Source: Candidatus Hydrogenedentota bacterium (GTDB lineage Bacteria > Hydrogenedentota > Hydrogenedentia > Hydrogenedentales > SLHB01). From it: 64,000 bases of DNA. The position numbers and the translations under genes are program-made. Where the stretch lies: positions 135,336 through 199,335 of the forward strand of contig BTVY01000006.1 of NCBI GenBank assembly GCA_045863335.1, given 5' to 3'. Position 1 is the stretch's first letter; the number at the start of each line of letters is the position of its first letter. A model generated the notes under the pieces. That model saw only the letters and a program-made list of their open reading frames with translations. It was not told the origin of the DNA and did no database searches. Below are positions 1 to 9,500 of this stretch, one piece after another.

Positions 1-147
1 GTTCGTTAGGGTTGGCGCGTGCGGGCACGACGTAGTGCGCACTTGGCAAACCGAATCGCCGGACCCGACGGGGTATTAGCGAGACGGCGTATGGGTGGTA
101 CCGCCGATTCCGAAGCTACGCGGGATCGAAACCGGGAGCCCCACAAC

Positions 148-1491
148 ATGGCTTGGACGCGCCGAAATTTTCTGACGTCGGCAGCCACCGCGGCCGCTGC
201 GCCATTCGTTGTACCTGCGTCGGCGTGGGGACAGAATCAACCGGCGCCCAGCGAACGGATTACGGTGGGCATCGTCGCCGCCGGTTCGCGCGGGTTTGCG
301 CTCATCGGGGATTTCATCAAGGAAACCGACGCGCAGATCGTCGCCGTCTGTGATGTGGACTCGCTCCACTACCGCGATAAACCCTGGGGCGACGGGACAG
401 CCTTCGGACTCGAACCGGCGAAGGCGTCCATCGAACGCTATTATGCGGCCAAACGTCCTTACGCCGATTCCCCACAGATCGACACCTACGCAGATTACCG
501 TGACCTGTGCGCGCGTGACGACATCGACGCCATCATCGTGGCGACGCCGGACCATTGGCATGCGCTGTGTACGCTGGAAGCGTTGCGCCGTGGAAAGGAC
601 GTGTATTGCGAGAAACCGCTGACCCACTTCTTTCACGAGGGCCAAATCGTCTACCGCGAGGTGGCAAGGCGCAATGCGGTGTTTCAGGCCGGTTCGCAAC
701 AGCGTTCCGATCCGCGGTTTCGGCTGGCCGTGGAACTGGTGCGGAACGGTCACATCGGCAAGGTGCAGCGCGTGGAAGTCGGCCTGCCGCCGGGCTACGC
801 GAAACCCATGGGCGACACGACGATTGAAGACCCGCCGGAACATGTTGACTACGATTTCTGGTGCGGGCCCGGCGAAGTGCTCCCCTACATGCGCGCGCGC
901 CATCACCGTTGGTGGCGCGGGCATACCGCGTACGGTGGCGGCGTGCTCATGGATTTCATCGGCCACCACAACGACATTGCGCACTGGGGACTCGGATTGG
1001 ATGCAAGCGGGCCGACGCGGGTCGAAGCCGCGGAATGGGTCTATCCGGACACGGAGATCTACAACACGCCGCACAAGTACGCGATTCATTGCGAGTATGA
1101 AGGCGGGATTTCTTCAATCATTTCCAGCGAGTATCCCGATGGGGCGAAATGGATCGGCGAGGACGGCTGGGTATTCGTGACGCGAGGAAAGATCGAGGCC
1201 TCCGACCCGCGTTGGCTGGAGAACGACTTTGATGCGGGTCCCGTCAAAGCGTATGTGTCGCCCGGGCATGCCCGAAACTTCCTGGACTGCATCAAATCGC
1301 GCGAGCCGTGCATCGCCCCCGCGGAGACCGCGCACCGGTCCGTGACGCCCGGTTATCTCGCCTATGTTTCTCACGCTGTCGCCCGTCCGCTCGCGTGGGA
1401 TCCGGCCGCCGAGCGCATCACGGATGACGATGAAGCGCAGGCGCTACTCGATTCCACACCCTACCGGAATCCATGGGCACTTGAGCCCTGA
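148..1491 (+). CDS. Gfo/Idh/MocA family oxidoreductase, Tat-exported
   Basis: Tat signal TRRNFL; ATPDHWH and KDVYCEKP motifs; start placed at ATG 148 rather than ORF start 19. Confidence 0.9.
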   Translation: MAWTRRNFLTSAATAAAAPFVVPASAWGQNQPAPSERITVGIVAAGSRGFALIGDFIKETDAQIVAVCDVDSLHYRDKPWGDGTAFGLEPAKASIERYYAAKRPYADSPQIDTYADYRDLCARDDIDAIIVATPDHWHALCTLEALRRGKDVYCEKPLTHFFHEGQIVYREVARRNAVFQAGSQQRSDPRFRLAVELVRNGHIGKVQRVEVGLPPGYAKPMGDTTIEDPPEHVDYDFWCGPGEVLPYMRARHHRWWRGHTAYGGGVLMDFIGHHNDIAHWGLGLDASGPTRVEAAEWVYPDTEIYNTPHKYAIHCEYEGGISSIISSEYPDGAKWIGEDGWVFVTRGKIEASDPRWLENDFDAGPVKAYVSPGHARNFLDCIKSREPCIAPAETAHRSVTPGYLAYVSHAVARPLAWDPAAERITDDDEAQALLDSTPYRNPWALEP

Positions 1492-1514
1492 GTCTGTCTT
1501 CACGTCACCTCTCA

Positions 1515-2357
1515 CTAGTCTCCCTGGCGGAGCGGTTTCTCGCTCTCGACATCGAGGCAACCCCACTCGAGATACTGCCGGCGCTCGAATCGCATGGCAA
1601 TCGTCATGGTCACCATCAGCGCCAGTAGCAGAAACGCGCCGAGCCAGGGGCCTTGAGGGATCCCCTTTAGTGCGGCCAGAAGTATCGTGGCCGTACTGTC
1701 CGGTCCCGGCTGAGATTGAATGAAATCCGCAAACGTTGTGGACGCCAGGAGAAACAGCCCGATGGCCCCAATCCAAAGCAGGTTAGTAAAGCAGGCCTTG
1801 ACCACGGCGGGCGTATTGCTCCAAGGGGCGAGAAGCTTGCGAATCCCAAATATGTCGGACAGCCATAGCGTGACAAAGAGCGATGCCCACATCATGAGCA
1901 GAATGGCCGCGATCGTGAGAAGTCCATCACCCCAGTCCGTTCGGATAGGCCGGTTCTCCCCCGCCAAGAACAGCGCGAAGCGCGCCAGCCCGAACAAAAA
2001 GGGCGCGCCGACGATGAGTATGAGCACGATCTCGGTGGCAAAACGCGCGGACCCGCGCCAGCCGTATACCCGCGCGAGGCCGTAGTCCTCCACTTGAAGA
2101 CGAATCGGTAGCCGCACGTGTCCCAGGCGTTCGTACCACGGCACCGCGCGTTGAAGTTCCTCGCGCAGCGCATCCGGATCGCCCAATCGCGCCACGGCGC
2201 GCTGCTCCGCTTCTGCGTCCGATCGCGTACGAAACCGCTCCTCTTCGAAGGCGGTTTTCAGGTGTCCAAGCAATTCGTCACGCATCCGGTTCTTGCGCAA
2301 AACGCCCGCGCGTATCGGACGAACGATGCGCTCTACATGCACTCGGAGTTCCTTCAT
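1515..2357 (-). CDS. Membrane protein with N-terminal permease-prefix-like domain (PadR-associated)
   Basis: ELLGHL...AEQRAVARLGDP...ELQ N-terminal motif followed by several TM segments; overlaps PadR stop by 4 nt. Confidence 0.7.
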   Translation of the reverse strand: MKELRVHVERIVRPIRAGVLRKNRMRDELLGHLKTAFEEERFRTRSDAEAEQRAVARLGDPDALREELQRAVPWYERLGHVRLPIRLQVEDYGLARVYGWRGSARFATEIVLILIVGAPFLFGLARFALFLAGENRPIRTDWGDGLLTIAAILLMMWASLFVTLWLSDIFGIRKLLAPWSNTPAVVKACFTNLLWIGAIGLFLLASTTFADFIQSQPGPDSTATILLAALKGIPQGPWLGAFLLLALMVTMTIAMRFERRQYLEWGCLDVESEKPLRQGD

Positions 2358-2698
2358 GCCGGTTCCTCCATAATTCGGCCCACCACACCCGCGAAGGCGC
2401 GCCAGGTTTCCCGTCTTCGCAATAGTTCGCGGCGGCCCTTTTCGGTCAAAGCATAGATTCGGCGCCGGGGACCCCTTCGCGGCGAGTCGTCACTCTCCCA
2501 GCGCGCTTGAACGAAGCCAGCCTCCTCCATGCGATAGAGGGCGGGGTACAGCGACCCCTCGCGAAGTTCGAGGGCGCCGTTTCCGAGGTCTTGAAGCCGC
2601 TTGAGGATGTCGTAGCCATGCCCTTCCCCCCTTTCCAGGACAGAAAGGACCATGCCCTCCAAATGACCGCGCAACAGGTTTCCATGGATATCAGCCAC
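2354..2698 (-). CDS. PadR family transcriptional regulator
   Basis: HGYDI, EGSLYPALYRME and RRRIYALTEKG motifs. Confidence 0.93.
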   Translation of the reverse strand: MADIHGNLLRGHLEGMVLSVLERGEGHGYDILKRLQDLGNGALELREGSLYPALYRMEEAGFVQARWESDDSPRRGPRRRIYALTEKGRRELLRRRETWRAFAGVVGRIMEEPA

Positions 2699-2765
2699 GA
2701 GTACTATTTAGACAAACTATGTATCATTTTGTCAAGTAGAACTTCGCCGATTGGCTACTTGGATC

Positions 2766-2807
2766 TTGACTTTTGACGAAAAATAGCATACCATACCGTA
2801 TGGTATG
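2766..2807 (+). promoter_or_regulatory. Sigma70-like promoter overlapped by a palindromic operator upstream of TetR gene
   Basis: TTGACT (2766-2771), 17 bp spacer, TACCAT (2789-2794); perfect palindrome CATACCATAC-C-GTATGGTATG at 2787-2807. Confidence 0.7.
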
Positions 2808-3347
2808 GAAACGATGACTGTTGATAAACGCGTCCCATGGTTGCAGGCCGGCCTCTTCCTCCTCGAAGAATCCGGGACCGCGAACATGACGATCGATGAA
2901 CTGACCCAACGCGTCGGCCTGACCAAAGGATCGTTCTACCACCACTTCAAGGATCGCGGCGGGTACGTTACGGCCCTCCTGGAGTATTGGGAAGAGCAGA
3001 TGACGCACCGCCTCATCGAGCAGGCGGACCTTCAAGCGTCGAGCAAAGAGAAGCAGCGTCATCTCACACAATTGACCCTGGCGCTTTACGACTCGCCGCT
3101 GGAGTTGAACCTGCGCGCTTGGGCCATGAGTTCGCCACTGGTCAAGAGCTACGTAGAACGGGTTGACCAGGCGCGAGTGGAATACCTGAATCAGATTGCA
3201 CTGGAGATCACCGGGGACGCGGAGCGCGCTCGCCAACTGGCCGAGATCGCATACGCCGTCTTCGTGGGGGGACAGCAGATCCTGCCGCAAATCCCGCGGG
3301 AGCGTCTGTTGGAATTGTACGGCGAATTGGATCGCCTGTATCGCTAA
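2805..3347 (+). CDS. TetR/AcrR family transcriptional regulator
   Basis: N-terminal HTH TIDELTQRVGLTKGSFYHHFKDR. Confidence 0.93.
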   Translation: METMTVDKRVPWLQAGLFLLEESGTANMTIDELTQRVGLTKGSFYHHFKDRGGYVTALLEYWEEQMTHRLIEQADLQASSKEKQRHLTQLTLALYDSPLELNLRAWAMSSPLVKSYVERVDQARVEYLNQIALEITGDAERARQLAEIAYAVFVGGQQILPQIPRERLLELYGELDRLYR

Positions 3348-3393
3348 ATCACGTTCTTTGGGGGAGTAGATTCGACCAGCGGACGGTTGGTCG

Positions 3394-3473
3394 AGGGACA
3401 GTCACCAGCGCCTTCAGATCCCAGCAGCACATGCCTAGGTGTCAAATCTCACACCACGCTGGTGACTGTCCCT
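3394..3473. repeat. 80-bp element bounded by perfect 17-bp inverted repeats (REP/MITE-like)
   Basis: AGGGACAGTCACCAGCG (3394-3410) and its exact reverse complement CGCTGGTGACTGTCCCT (3457-3473). Confidence 0.7.
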
Positions 3474-3499
3474 GGACCAGCCGCCTTGGGGGAGGCAGT

Positions 3500-5041
3500 G
3501 TGGAAAACCGTATCCTGCTCAGCGGGAACGAAGCGGTAGCCTATGCCGCGCTTCACGCGGGCCTGACGCTTGGGACCGGCTATCCCGGCACGCCATCGTC
3601 AGAAATCCTGGAATGCTTGAGCGCCATCGGCGGGAAGGCGCAGTGGGCGCCGAATGAGAAAGTCGCCCTCGAAGTGGGCATCGGTGTCGCGTTTGCGCAA
3701 GGACGCGCCCTGGTCACCATGAAACACGTGGGACTCAACGTCGCCGCGGATCCCTTCTTTTCCGTGGCCTTTACGGGAGTGGATGGGGCCCTCGTCATCA
3801 TATCCGCCGACGACCCGGGCATGTCATCGAGCCAGAATGAACAAGACAATCGCCGGTATGCGGCAGCTGCCGGCGTACCCATGCTGGAACCAAGCGACGC
3901 GCAGGAAGCCTATGACTTCACCTGGGAGGCATTGCGCCTATCCGCGCAGTCGCAGCTTCCGGTGCTGCTGCGCGTCACGACGCGCATCTGCCACTCTAAA
4001 TCTCTCGTGCGGTTCCGCGCCGAGCGTTTTCCGGGACCGGACACCGATTTCCGGCGTGACATCCGGCGCCGGGTTATGATTCCGGCCCATGCCCGGCCCG
4101 CCCACAAGCGGTTGCGGCAACGGTTGCGCGACATTCAGGAGTTAAACGAATCGTCGCCTCTGAACCGTGTCATCGACGGCGATTCAGCCCTGGGGGTTAT
4201 CACTTCCGGAATCGCGTTCATGCATGTTCGGGAAGCGATCCCCACGACGAAAGTACTCAAGTTAGGCACGACCTACCCACTCCCGCTAAACACCATCCGA
4301 GCCTTTGTCGAATCGGTGGAACGCTGCGTCGTGGTAGAGGAAGGCGACCCCTATCTCGTCGAGAATCTGAGAACGGCAGGAATTACCGTCGAGGATAAGC
4401 CGGAGCAATACCGGTTTGGAGAACTCACGGTAGAACGTGTGCGGCGCATCATTCGCGCGGATGACGGTCCGGAGCCCGTCCACGCCGGGGGTAAACCGCC
4501 AGAACTCTGCGCGGGATGTCCGCACCGCATGTCCTTCAACGTGCTGGATCGGCTGAATTGCATCGTTTCCGGCGATATCGGGTGTTACACCTTAGGCGCC
4601 TTGTCGCCCTACGAAGCCATGGACACCCAACTTTGCATGGGCGCCAGCATCGGGATCGGATTGGGACTGCGCCATGCCCTGCGCGACGAAGAAGCGCGGC
4701 GCGTCGTCAGCGTCATCGGCGATAGCACCTTCTTTCACTCCGGACTCACGGGCATCGCAGAGATGGTCTACAATCCCCCACGGACCGGACACGTGGTACT
4801 TATCCTCGATAATGGCACCACGGCCATGACGGGCTTGCAGGAGCACCCGGGAACGGGCCACGCGCTGAATCACGGGTCCGCAAAGCAGATCCTGCCGGAG
4901 GACGTGGTGCGGGCGATGGGGGTGGACCACGTGGAGGTGGTCGAATACGGGCGCGCGTTGGAGCAGGCGCTCGCGGCCGCCATGGCGAAAGACGAGCTTT
5001 CCGTAATCGTGATGCGGCAACCTTGCCGGTTAATGAAATAG
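3500..5041 (+). CDS. iorA: Indolepyruvate:ferredoxin oxidoreductase subunit alpha (no C-terminal ferredoxin domain)
   Basis: GNEAVA, YPGTPSSE, MKHVGLNVAAD, CAGCPHR, GDIGCY and GDSTFFHSG...DN TPP motifs; GGAGG RBS before GTG 3500. Confidence 0.9.
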   Translation: MENRILLSGNEAVAYAALHAGLTLGTGYPGTPSSEILECLSAIGGKAQWAPNEKVALEVGIGVAFAQGRALVTMKHVGLNVAADPFFSVAFTGVDGALVIISADDPGMSSSQNEQDNRRYAAAAGVPMLEPSDAQEAYDFTWEALRLSAQSQLPVLLRVTTRICHSKSLVRFRAERFPGPDTDFRRDIRRRVMIPAHARPAHKRLRQRLRDIQELNESSPLNRVIDGDSALGVITSGIAFMHVREAIPTTKVLKLGTTYPLPLNTIRAFVESVERCVVVEEGDPYLVENLRTAGITVEDKPEQYRFGELTVERVRRIIRADDGPEPVHAGGKPPELCAGCPHRMSFNVLDRLNCIVSGDIGCYTLGALSPYEAMDTQLCMGASIGIGLGLRHALRDEEARRVVSVIGDSTFFHSGLTGIAEMVYNPPRTGHVVLILDNGTTAMTGLQEHPGTGHALNHGSAKQILPEDVVRAMGVDHVEVVEYGRALEQALAAAMAKDELSVIVMRQPCRLMK

Positions 5042-5050
5042 GGATCGCGT

Positions 5051-5557
5051 ATGAACTCAGTCACCAACGTGGTCATCGCAGGGTTGGGGGGAATGGGCGT
5101 CATCAAGGCGTCCGACATCCTTGCCGCCTGCGCGTTTCGCGCCGGCCACGACGTAAAGAAGAGCGAGATTCACGGCATGAGCCAGCGCGGCGGTTCGGTC
5201 ACCAGCGATATCCGGTACGGGCAGCAAGTGTTCAGCCCCATGGTGCCCGAGGGCGAAGCGGATTTCCTGGTCGCATTGGACGAGAGCCAGGTCGAGCATA
5301 ACCGCTACGCCTTGCGCCCCAAGGGAATCCTCATCACGCCCCACCCGCTCGCCGTCATCCACGGTCCCATGAACGAGCTGGACGACCGCGACCTGCCGCT
5401 GACGTCCCGCAACTTCAATGTGGCGATTCTCGGCATGCTGAGCGTTCACCTCGATTTCGAGCCGGATCATTGGGAGGGGGCGATCGCCGCGCACGTCCCT
5501 CGGCATACCCAGGCGCAGAACCTCGAAGTTTTTCGACTGGGACGCCGTTTCGCATGA
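5051..5557 (+). CDS. iorB: Indolepyruvate oxidoreductase subunit beta
   Basis: GLGGMG and SEIHGMSQRGGSV motifs; follows iorA. Confidence 0.9.
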   Translation: MNSVTNVVIAGLGGMGVIKASDILAACAFRAGHDVKKSEIHGMSQRGGSVTSDIRYGQQVFSPMVPEGEADFLVALDESQVEHNRYALRPKGILITPHPLAVIHGPMNELDDRDLPLTSRNFNVAILGMLSVHLDFEPDHWEGAIAAHVPRHTQAQNLEVFRLGRRFA

Positions 5558-5595
5558 TATGGTATTGAGCGGATAGAGACCGGGTTGGGGGGCCC

Positions 5596-6957
5596 ATGAC
5601 GATGAAGACCTTGACGATGGAAGCGGCGCAGCGATTTCACCCGCTGAGCGGGCCGGATTTTCTTGCCGCGGAACAACTGCGAGCGCTTCAATTGGACCGG
5701 CTGCGCGCGACGGTAGCCCGCGCCTACGAGCACGTCGATCTCTTTCGAAGCAGGATGCAGGAGCGCGGGCTGAACCCGAACGACCTTACGGAACTCGGCG
5801 ACATTGCACGACTGCCGCTCTACGTCAAAAACGATCTGCGCGACACCTATCCCTTCGGTCTCTTTGCCAGTCCCATGGAGGAGATCGTGCGGCTTCACGC
5901 GTCGAGTGGTACCACGGGAAAACCCATCGTGGTCGGGTACACGCGCGAGGACGTGGAGGTCTGGTCGAACGTCATGGTCCGCGCATTCGCGGCATACGGT
6001 CTGCATCACGGCGATGTCATTCAAAACTCCTACGGCTACGGGCTCTTCACGGGTGGCCTTGGCGCCCATTACGGCGCGGAAGCGCTTGGCGCCACCGTGA
6101 TTCCGACTTCCGGGGGCAATACGGATCGTCAGTTGACCGTGCTGCGCGACTTCAACGTTACCGCCATCTGCTGCACGCCGAGCTACTTCCTCCGTCTCAT
6201 CGAGCGCGCCGGCGAGTTGGGGATCGACATGCACACCCTGCCGTTGAAGGTCGGCGTGTTCGGCGCCGAGCCTTGGACGGAAGGCATGCGCCAACGCATC
6301 GAGGCGGAGTCCGGGATCAAGGCATACGATATCTACGGACTATCCGAAATCATCGGCCCTGGCGTCGGTGCGGAATGCTATTGCCAAGACGGCTTGCACA
6401 TCTTTGAAGATTTCTTCTACCCCGAGATACTCGATCCCGAAACACTCGAACCCCTGCCGGACGGCGAAGAAGGCGAACTCGTGTTGACCACCCTCAGCAA
6501 GCGGGCGATGCCGATGATCCGCTATCGGACCCGCGACATCACGGCCATTCATCCCGAACCGTGCCCCTGCGGCCGCACGATTCGTCGCATCCGGCGCATC
6601 AGCCGGCGCAGCGATGACATGCTCATCATCCGGGGCGTAAACGTGTTCCCCTCGCAGATCGAAACGGCCTTGCTCGCCGTGGAAGGCACCCTGCCCCATT
6701 ACCAGATCGTGCTCACCAATGACGGCGCACTGGACCAGATGGAGGTGCAGGTGGAAGTCACGCCGGAAGTCTTCAGCGATACCATCGGCGCGCTCGAATC
6801 GCTTCAGGACCGCCTGGCGAACGCCATCGAGCATACGACCGGGCTGCGGGCGCCGGTGCGGCTCGTCCAACCCAGCACCATCGCGCGCAGCGAGGGTAAG
6901 GCGAAGCGCGTCCTGGATCAGCGTCAACGCCCGCAACAGGAGCAACAATCCTCATGA
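5596..6957 (+). CDS. paaK: Phenylacetate-CoA ligase
   Basis: HASSGTTGKP, YGLSE, RYRTRD, GVNVFPSQIE and GKAKRVLD motifs. Confidence 0.92.
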   Translation: MTMKTLTMEAAQRFHPLSGPDFLAAEQLRALQLDRLRATVARAYEHVDLFRSRMQERGLNPNDLTELGDIARLPLYVKNDLRDTYPFGLFASPMEEIVRLHASSGTTGKPIVVGYTREDVEVWSNVMVRAFAAYGLHHGDVIQNSYGYGLFTGGLGAHYGAEALGATVIPTSGGNTDRQLTVLRDFNVTAICCTPSYFLRLIERAGELGIDMHTLPLKVGVFGAEPWTEGMRQRIEAESGIKAYDIYGLSEIIGPGVGAECYCQDGLHIFEDFFYPEILDPETLEPLPDGEEGELVLTTLSKRAMPMIRYRTRDITAIHPEPCPCGRTIRRIRRISRRSDDMLIIRGVNVFPSQIETALLAVEGTLPHYQIVLTNDGALDQMEVQVEVTPEVFSDTIGALESLQDRLANAIEHTTGLRAPVRLVQPSTIARSEGKAKRVLDQRQRPQQEQQSS

Positions 6958-7400
6958 AGATCCATCAGATTTCCATCTTCATTGAAAACAAACCCGGAAG
7001 CCTCAAAGCCCCATGCCGGGCGCTGGCCGACGCGGGTATCAACATTCTGACCTTGTCCGTGGCTGACACGCGTGACTACGGTATCGTCCACTTCATCGTG
7101 GACGACTGGCGCCGGGCCAAAGACGTGTTGGAGAACGACGGGCTTGTTGTAAATGTCGCCGAAGTCGTTGCGCTCGAAGTGGACGACCGGCCCGGCGGCC
7201 TCGCCGACATGCTGTCCGTCATCGAAGAAGGCGGGTTGAGCATCGAGTACATGTACGCCTTCACATTCGGCGCCGGCGGCAAGGCGGTTCTCGTGTTCCG
7301 GTTCAAGGACCCCGATCCCGCAATCGCCCACCTCAGCCGTGCCGGCATCTCCCTCTTCGATATACCGGCATTGATGGCGCGCTGTGTTGGCGGCGACTGA
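6954..7400 (+). CDS. Tandem ACT-domain protein
   Basis: QISIFIENKPG and DRPGGLA..IEYMYAF; typical paaK neighbour; 4-nt overlap with paaK. Confidence 0.88.
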   Translation: MKIHQISIFIENKPGSLKAPCRALADAGINILTLSVADTRDYGIVHFIVDDWRRAKDVLENDGLVVNVAEVVALEVDDRPGGLADMLSVIEEGGLSIEYMYAFTFGAGGKAVLVFRFKDPDPAIAHLSRAGISLFDIPALMARCVGGD

Positions 7401-7530
7401 CCGTTCCTGAATGCTGGGCCACCGAATCCGAGGCGGATACACCCGCTTTTGAATTGCGGGCTGATCGTGCATACTCACGGTATCGACGCAGGCACGAGCA
7501 CATCAACTTCAATCCCGGTAGCCATTCGCA

Positions 7531-7905
7531 ATGCGCAACAAGTTTCTCGGTACCGGATCGCCCGGCTTTCACCCCCTGCGTAAGCTCCGGGTGTGCCTGA
7601 CGGGCCTCCGGTACGCCGTTCTCTACGATTTCAGCGTCACCTACAAGGTCGTTCTCTCCGCCGCCGTTCTCGCCGTGTGCCTGTATTACCACCAACGCGT
7701 GGACTTCCTTCTGGTGTTTGCCGCAACCGGACTCATGCTGATGGGCGAGATGTTCAATACCGCCGTCGAAGCCCTCTGCGATTTCGTCGAAGCCAAAGAG
7801 AACGAGAAGATCGGCATCATCAAGGACATTGCCGCGGCCGCCGCCGGGATTGGGATCCTGGTATGGGCCGTAGTCGTCGTGGCCGAGGTCTATCGGATAT
7901 TCTAG
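7531..7905 (+). CDS. dgkA: Diacylglycerol kinase family (DgkA-type) membrane protein
   Basis: EMFNTAVEALCD...IKDIAAAA motif; three TM helices. Confidence 0.8.
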   Translation: MRNKFLGTGSPGFHPLRKLRVCLTGLRYAVLYDFSVTYKVVLSAAVLAVCLYYHQRVDFLLVFAATGLMLMGEMFNTAVEALCDFVEAKENEKIGIIKDIAAAAAGIGILVWAVVVVAEVYRIF

Positions 7906-7983
7906 CTATCGCCCGGCAACAACACCGGGAATGCGCGCCGATGCCCAAAACAAAGTTTGTGGTGCATGTAGGAGGCCGGGACC

Positions 7984-9450
7984 GTGAAGTGGACGCCAAT
8001 CATCGCAGCGCTTGCGCTCGCACCGCTCTGCGGATGGACGCAGGAAACTGTGGGGACACCCGGCTCTGACCGCTCCATTATCTACCAACCAGCCGATGGC
8101 ATACCGGGTACGGCCCCGGAAGAGGCGTGGCCGGTTGCCGCATCGCCCGGGCCTCATGTCCTGATCGACGACTACTTGATTGCCAAGAGCGATGGGGTGG
8201 AACGTGTGGTCATTCAGCCCCGGCGCGAAGCGTCGATTCCAAATCCCATCGTCAACGCGGCGGACGACCATAACTTTCAACCCTATCTGACCGTAGTGTG
8301 CAATCCCGATACCGGCCGCTATCGAATCTGGTACGGCGCTTTCCTGGAAGACCGAGCCACCGGACGTTCGCAACTCTGCACCATGGAATCCGAGGACGGC
8401 ATCCACTTCGAACGGCCCCACACGGTGTGCCAGACGCCCGAGATTCAGTTCGGGTCCGAGGTTATTGACCGCGGCGCGGACTTCCCCGATCCCGCGTCGC
8501 GCTACGTGTACAGTTACTATCTCGAAAGCGGTCTGCGCATCCTTCAATCGAGCGATGGAATTGTGTGGACGCCTTTGGTCGACGCGGTCGTGCTGGACCA
8601 TAACCACGACATAAACGGCATCGACTGGGATCCTCTGCGGAACCGCTACATGGCCACCGTCTCGACCTATACGGAAGGCGCGAACTGGTCCGGCAAACGG
8701 CGCACGACGATGATGAGTGTGAGCGACGATCTGATTCACTGGGAAGATCCGTGGTACATCGTGACCGCCAGCGACGAATTGGATGAAGGCGAGACTCAGT
8801 TCTATGCCATGGAGGGATATCTCAACCGCGGTCCCCTGCGCATCGGCATGGTCAAAATCTTGCGCGACGACCTGCGCGCCACCGGTACTGCGGAAGGCAG
8901 CTTTGGCCGCGCCCATACTTCCCTGGCCTGGAGCCGCGACGGCCGCACCTGGGTGCGGGACCGTGAGAAATTCTTCGAGCCCGACGACGACCCCGCCGCG
9001 TGGGACCACGCCCACGCCTGGATCGATGAACAACTCATCGTCGGCGACCAGGTTTATCTCTACTACGGCGGCTACAAGCAGGGACACAAGATGAACCGCT
9101 TCGAGGAGCGGCAGATCGGCTTGGTCCGAATGCCGCTGGATCGCTACGTCGCGCGACGTGCCTCAGGCGCGACGACGGGAACCCTGCGCACCGTACCGTT
9201 CCGCCTCTCGGAAAGGAACCAGACCCTGACCGTCAATGCGAACATACGCGGGGCGGTCCGTGTCGCGTTGCGCGACGGAACCACGGGGGATATCGTACCG
9301 GGATTCGGATTGGACGAGTGCGAACCGCTGACGGGAGACCAACTTCGCCACGTGGTACGCTGGGGGAATGACGCGCTGCCGACGGATAAACCGCTGAGTG
9401 TGGAATTCGAAATGGAGGACGCGGACCTGTTCGCGTTTACATTCGAGTAA
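7984..9450 (+). CDS. Secreted five-bladed beta-propeller glycoside hydrolase-like protein
   Basis: Signal peptide; repeated SxDGxxW boxes (SEDGIHF, SSDGIVW, SDDLIHW, SRDGRTW); C-terminal beta-sandwich-like region. Confidence 0.65.
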   Translation: MKWTPIIAALALAPLCGWTQETVGTPGSDRSIIYQPADGIPGTAPEEAWPVAASPGPHVLIDDYLIAKSDGVERVVIQPRREASIPNPIVNAADDHNFQPYLTVVCNPDTGRYRIWYGAFLEDRATGRSQLCTMESEDGIHFERPHTVCQTPEIQFGSEVIDRGADFPDPASRYVYSYYLESGLRILQSSDGIVWTPLVDAVVLDHNHDINGIDWDPLRNRYMATVSTYTEGANWSGKRRTTMMSVSDDLIHWEDPWYIVTASDELDEGETQFYAMEGYLNRGPLRIGMVKILRDDLRATGTAEGSFGRAHTSLAWSRDGRTWVRDREKFFEPDDDPAAWDHAHAWIDEQLIVGDQVYLYYGGYKQGHKMNRFEERQIGLVRMPLDRYVARRASGATTGTLRTVPFRLSERNQTLTVNANIRGAVRVALRDGTTGDIVPGFGLDECEPLTGDQLRHVVRWGNDALPTDKPLSVEFEMEDADLFAFTFE

Positions 9451-9500
9451 CGGCATCGTGCTCCACGATAAGAGCATGCCATTTTGAAGGGGGACAGAAG

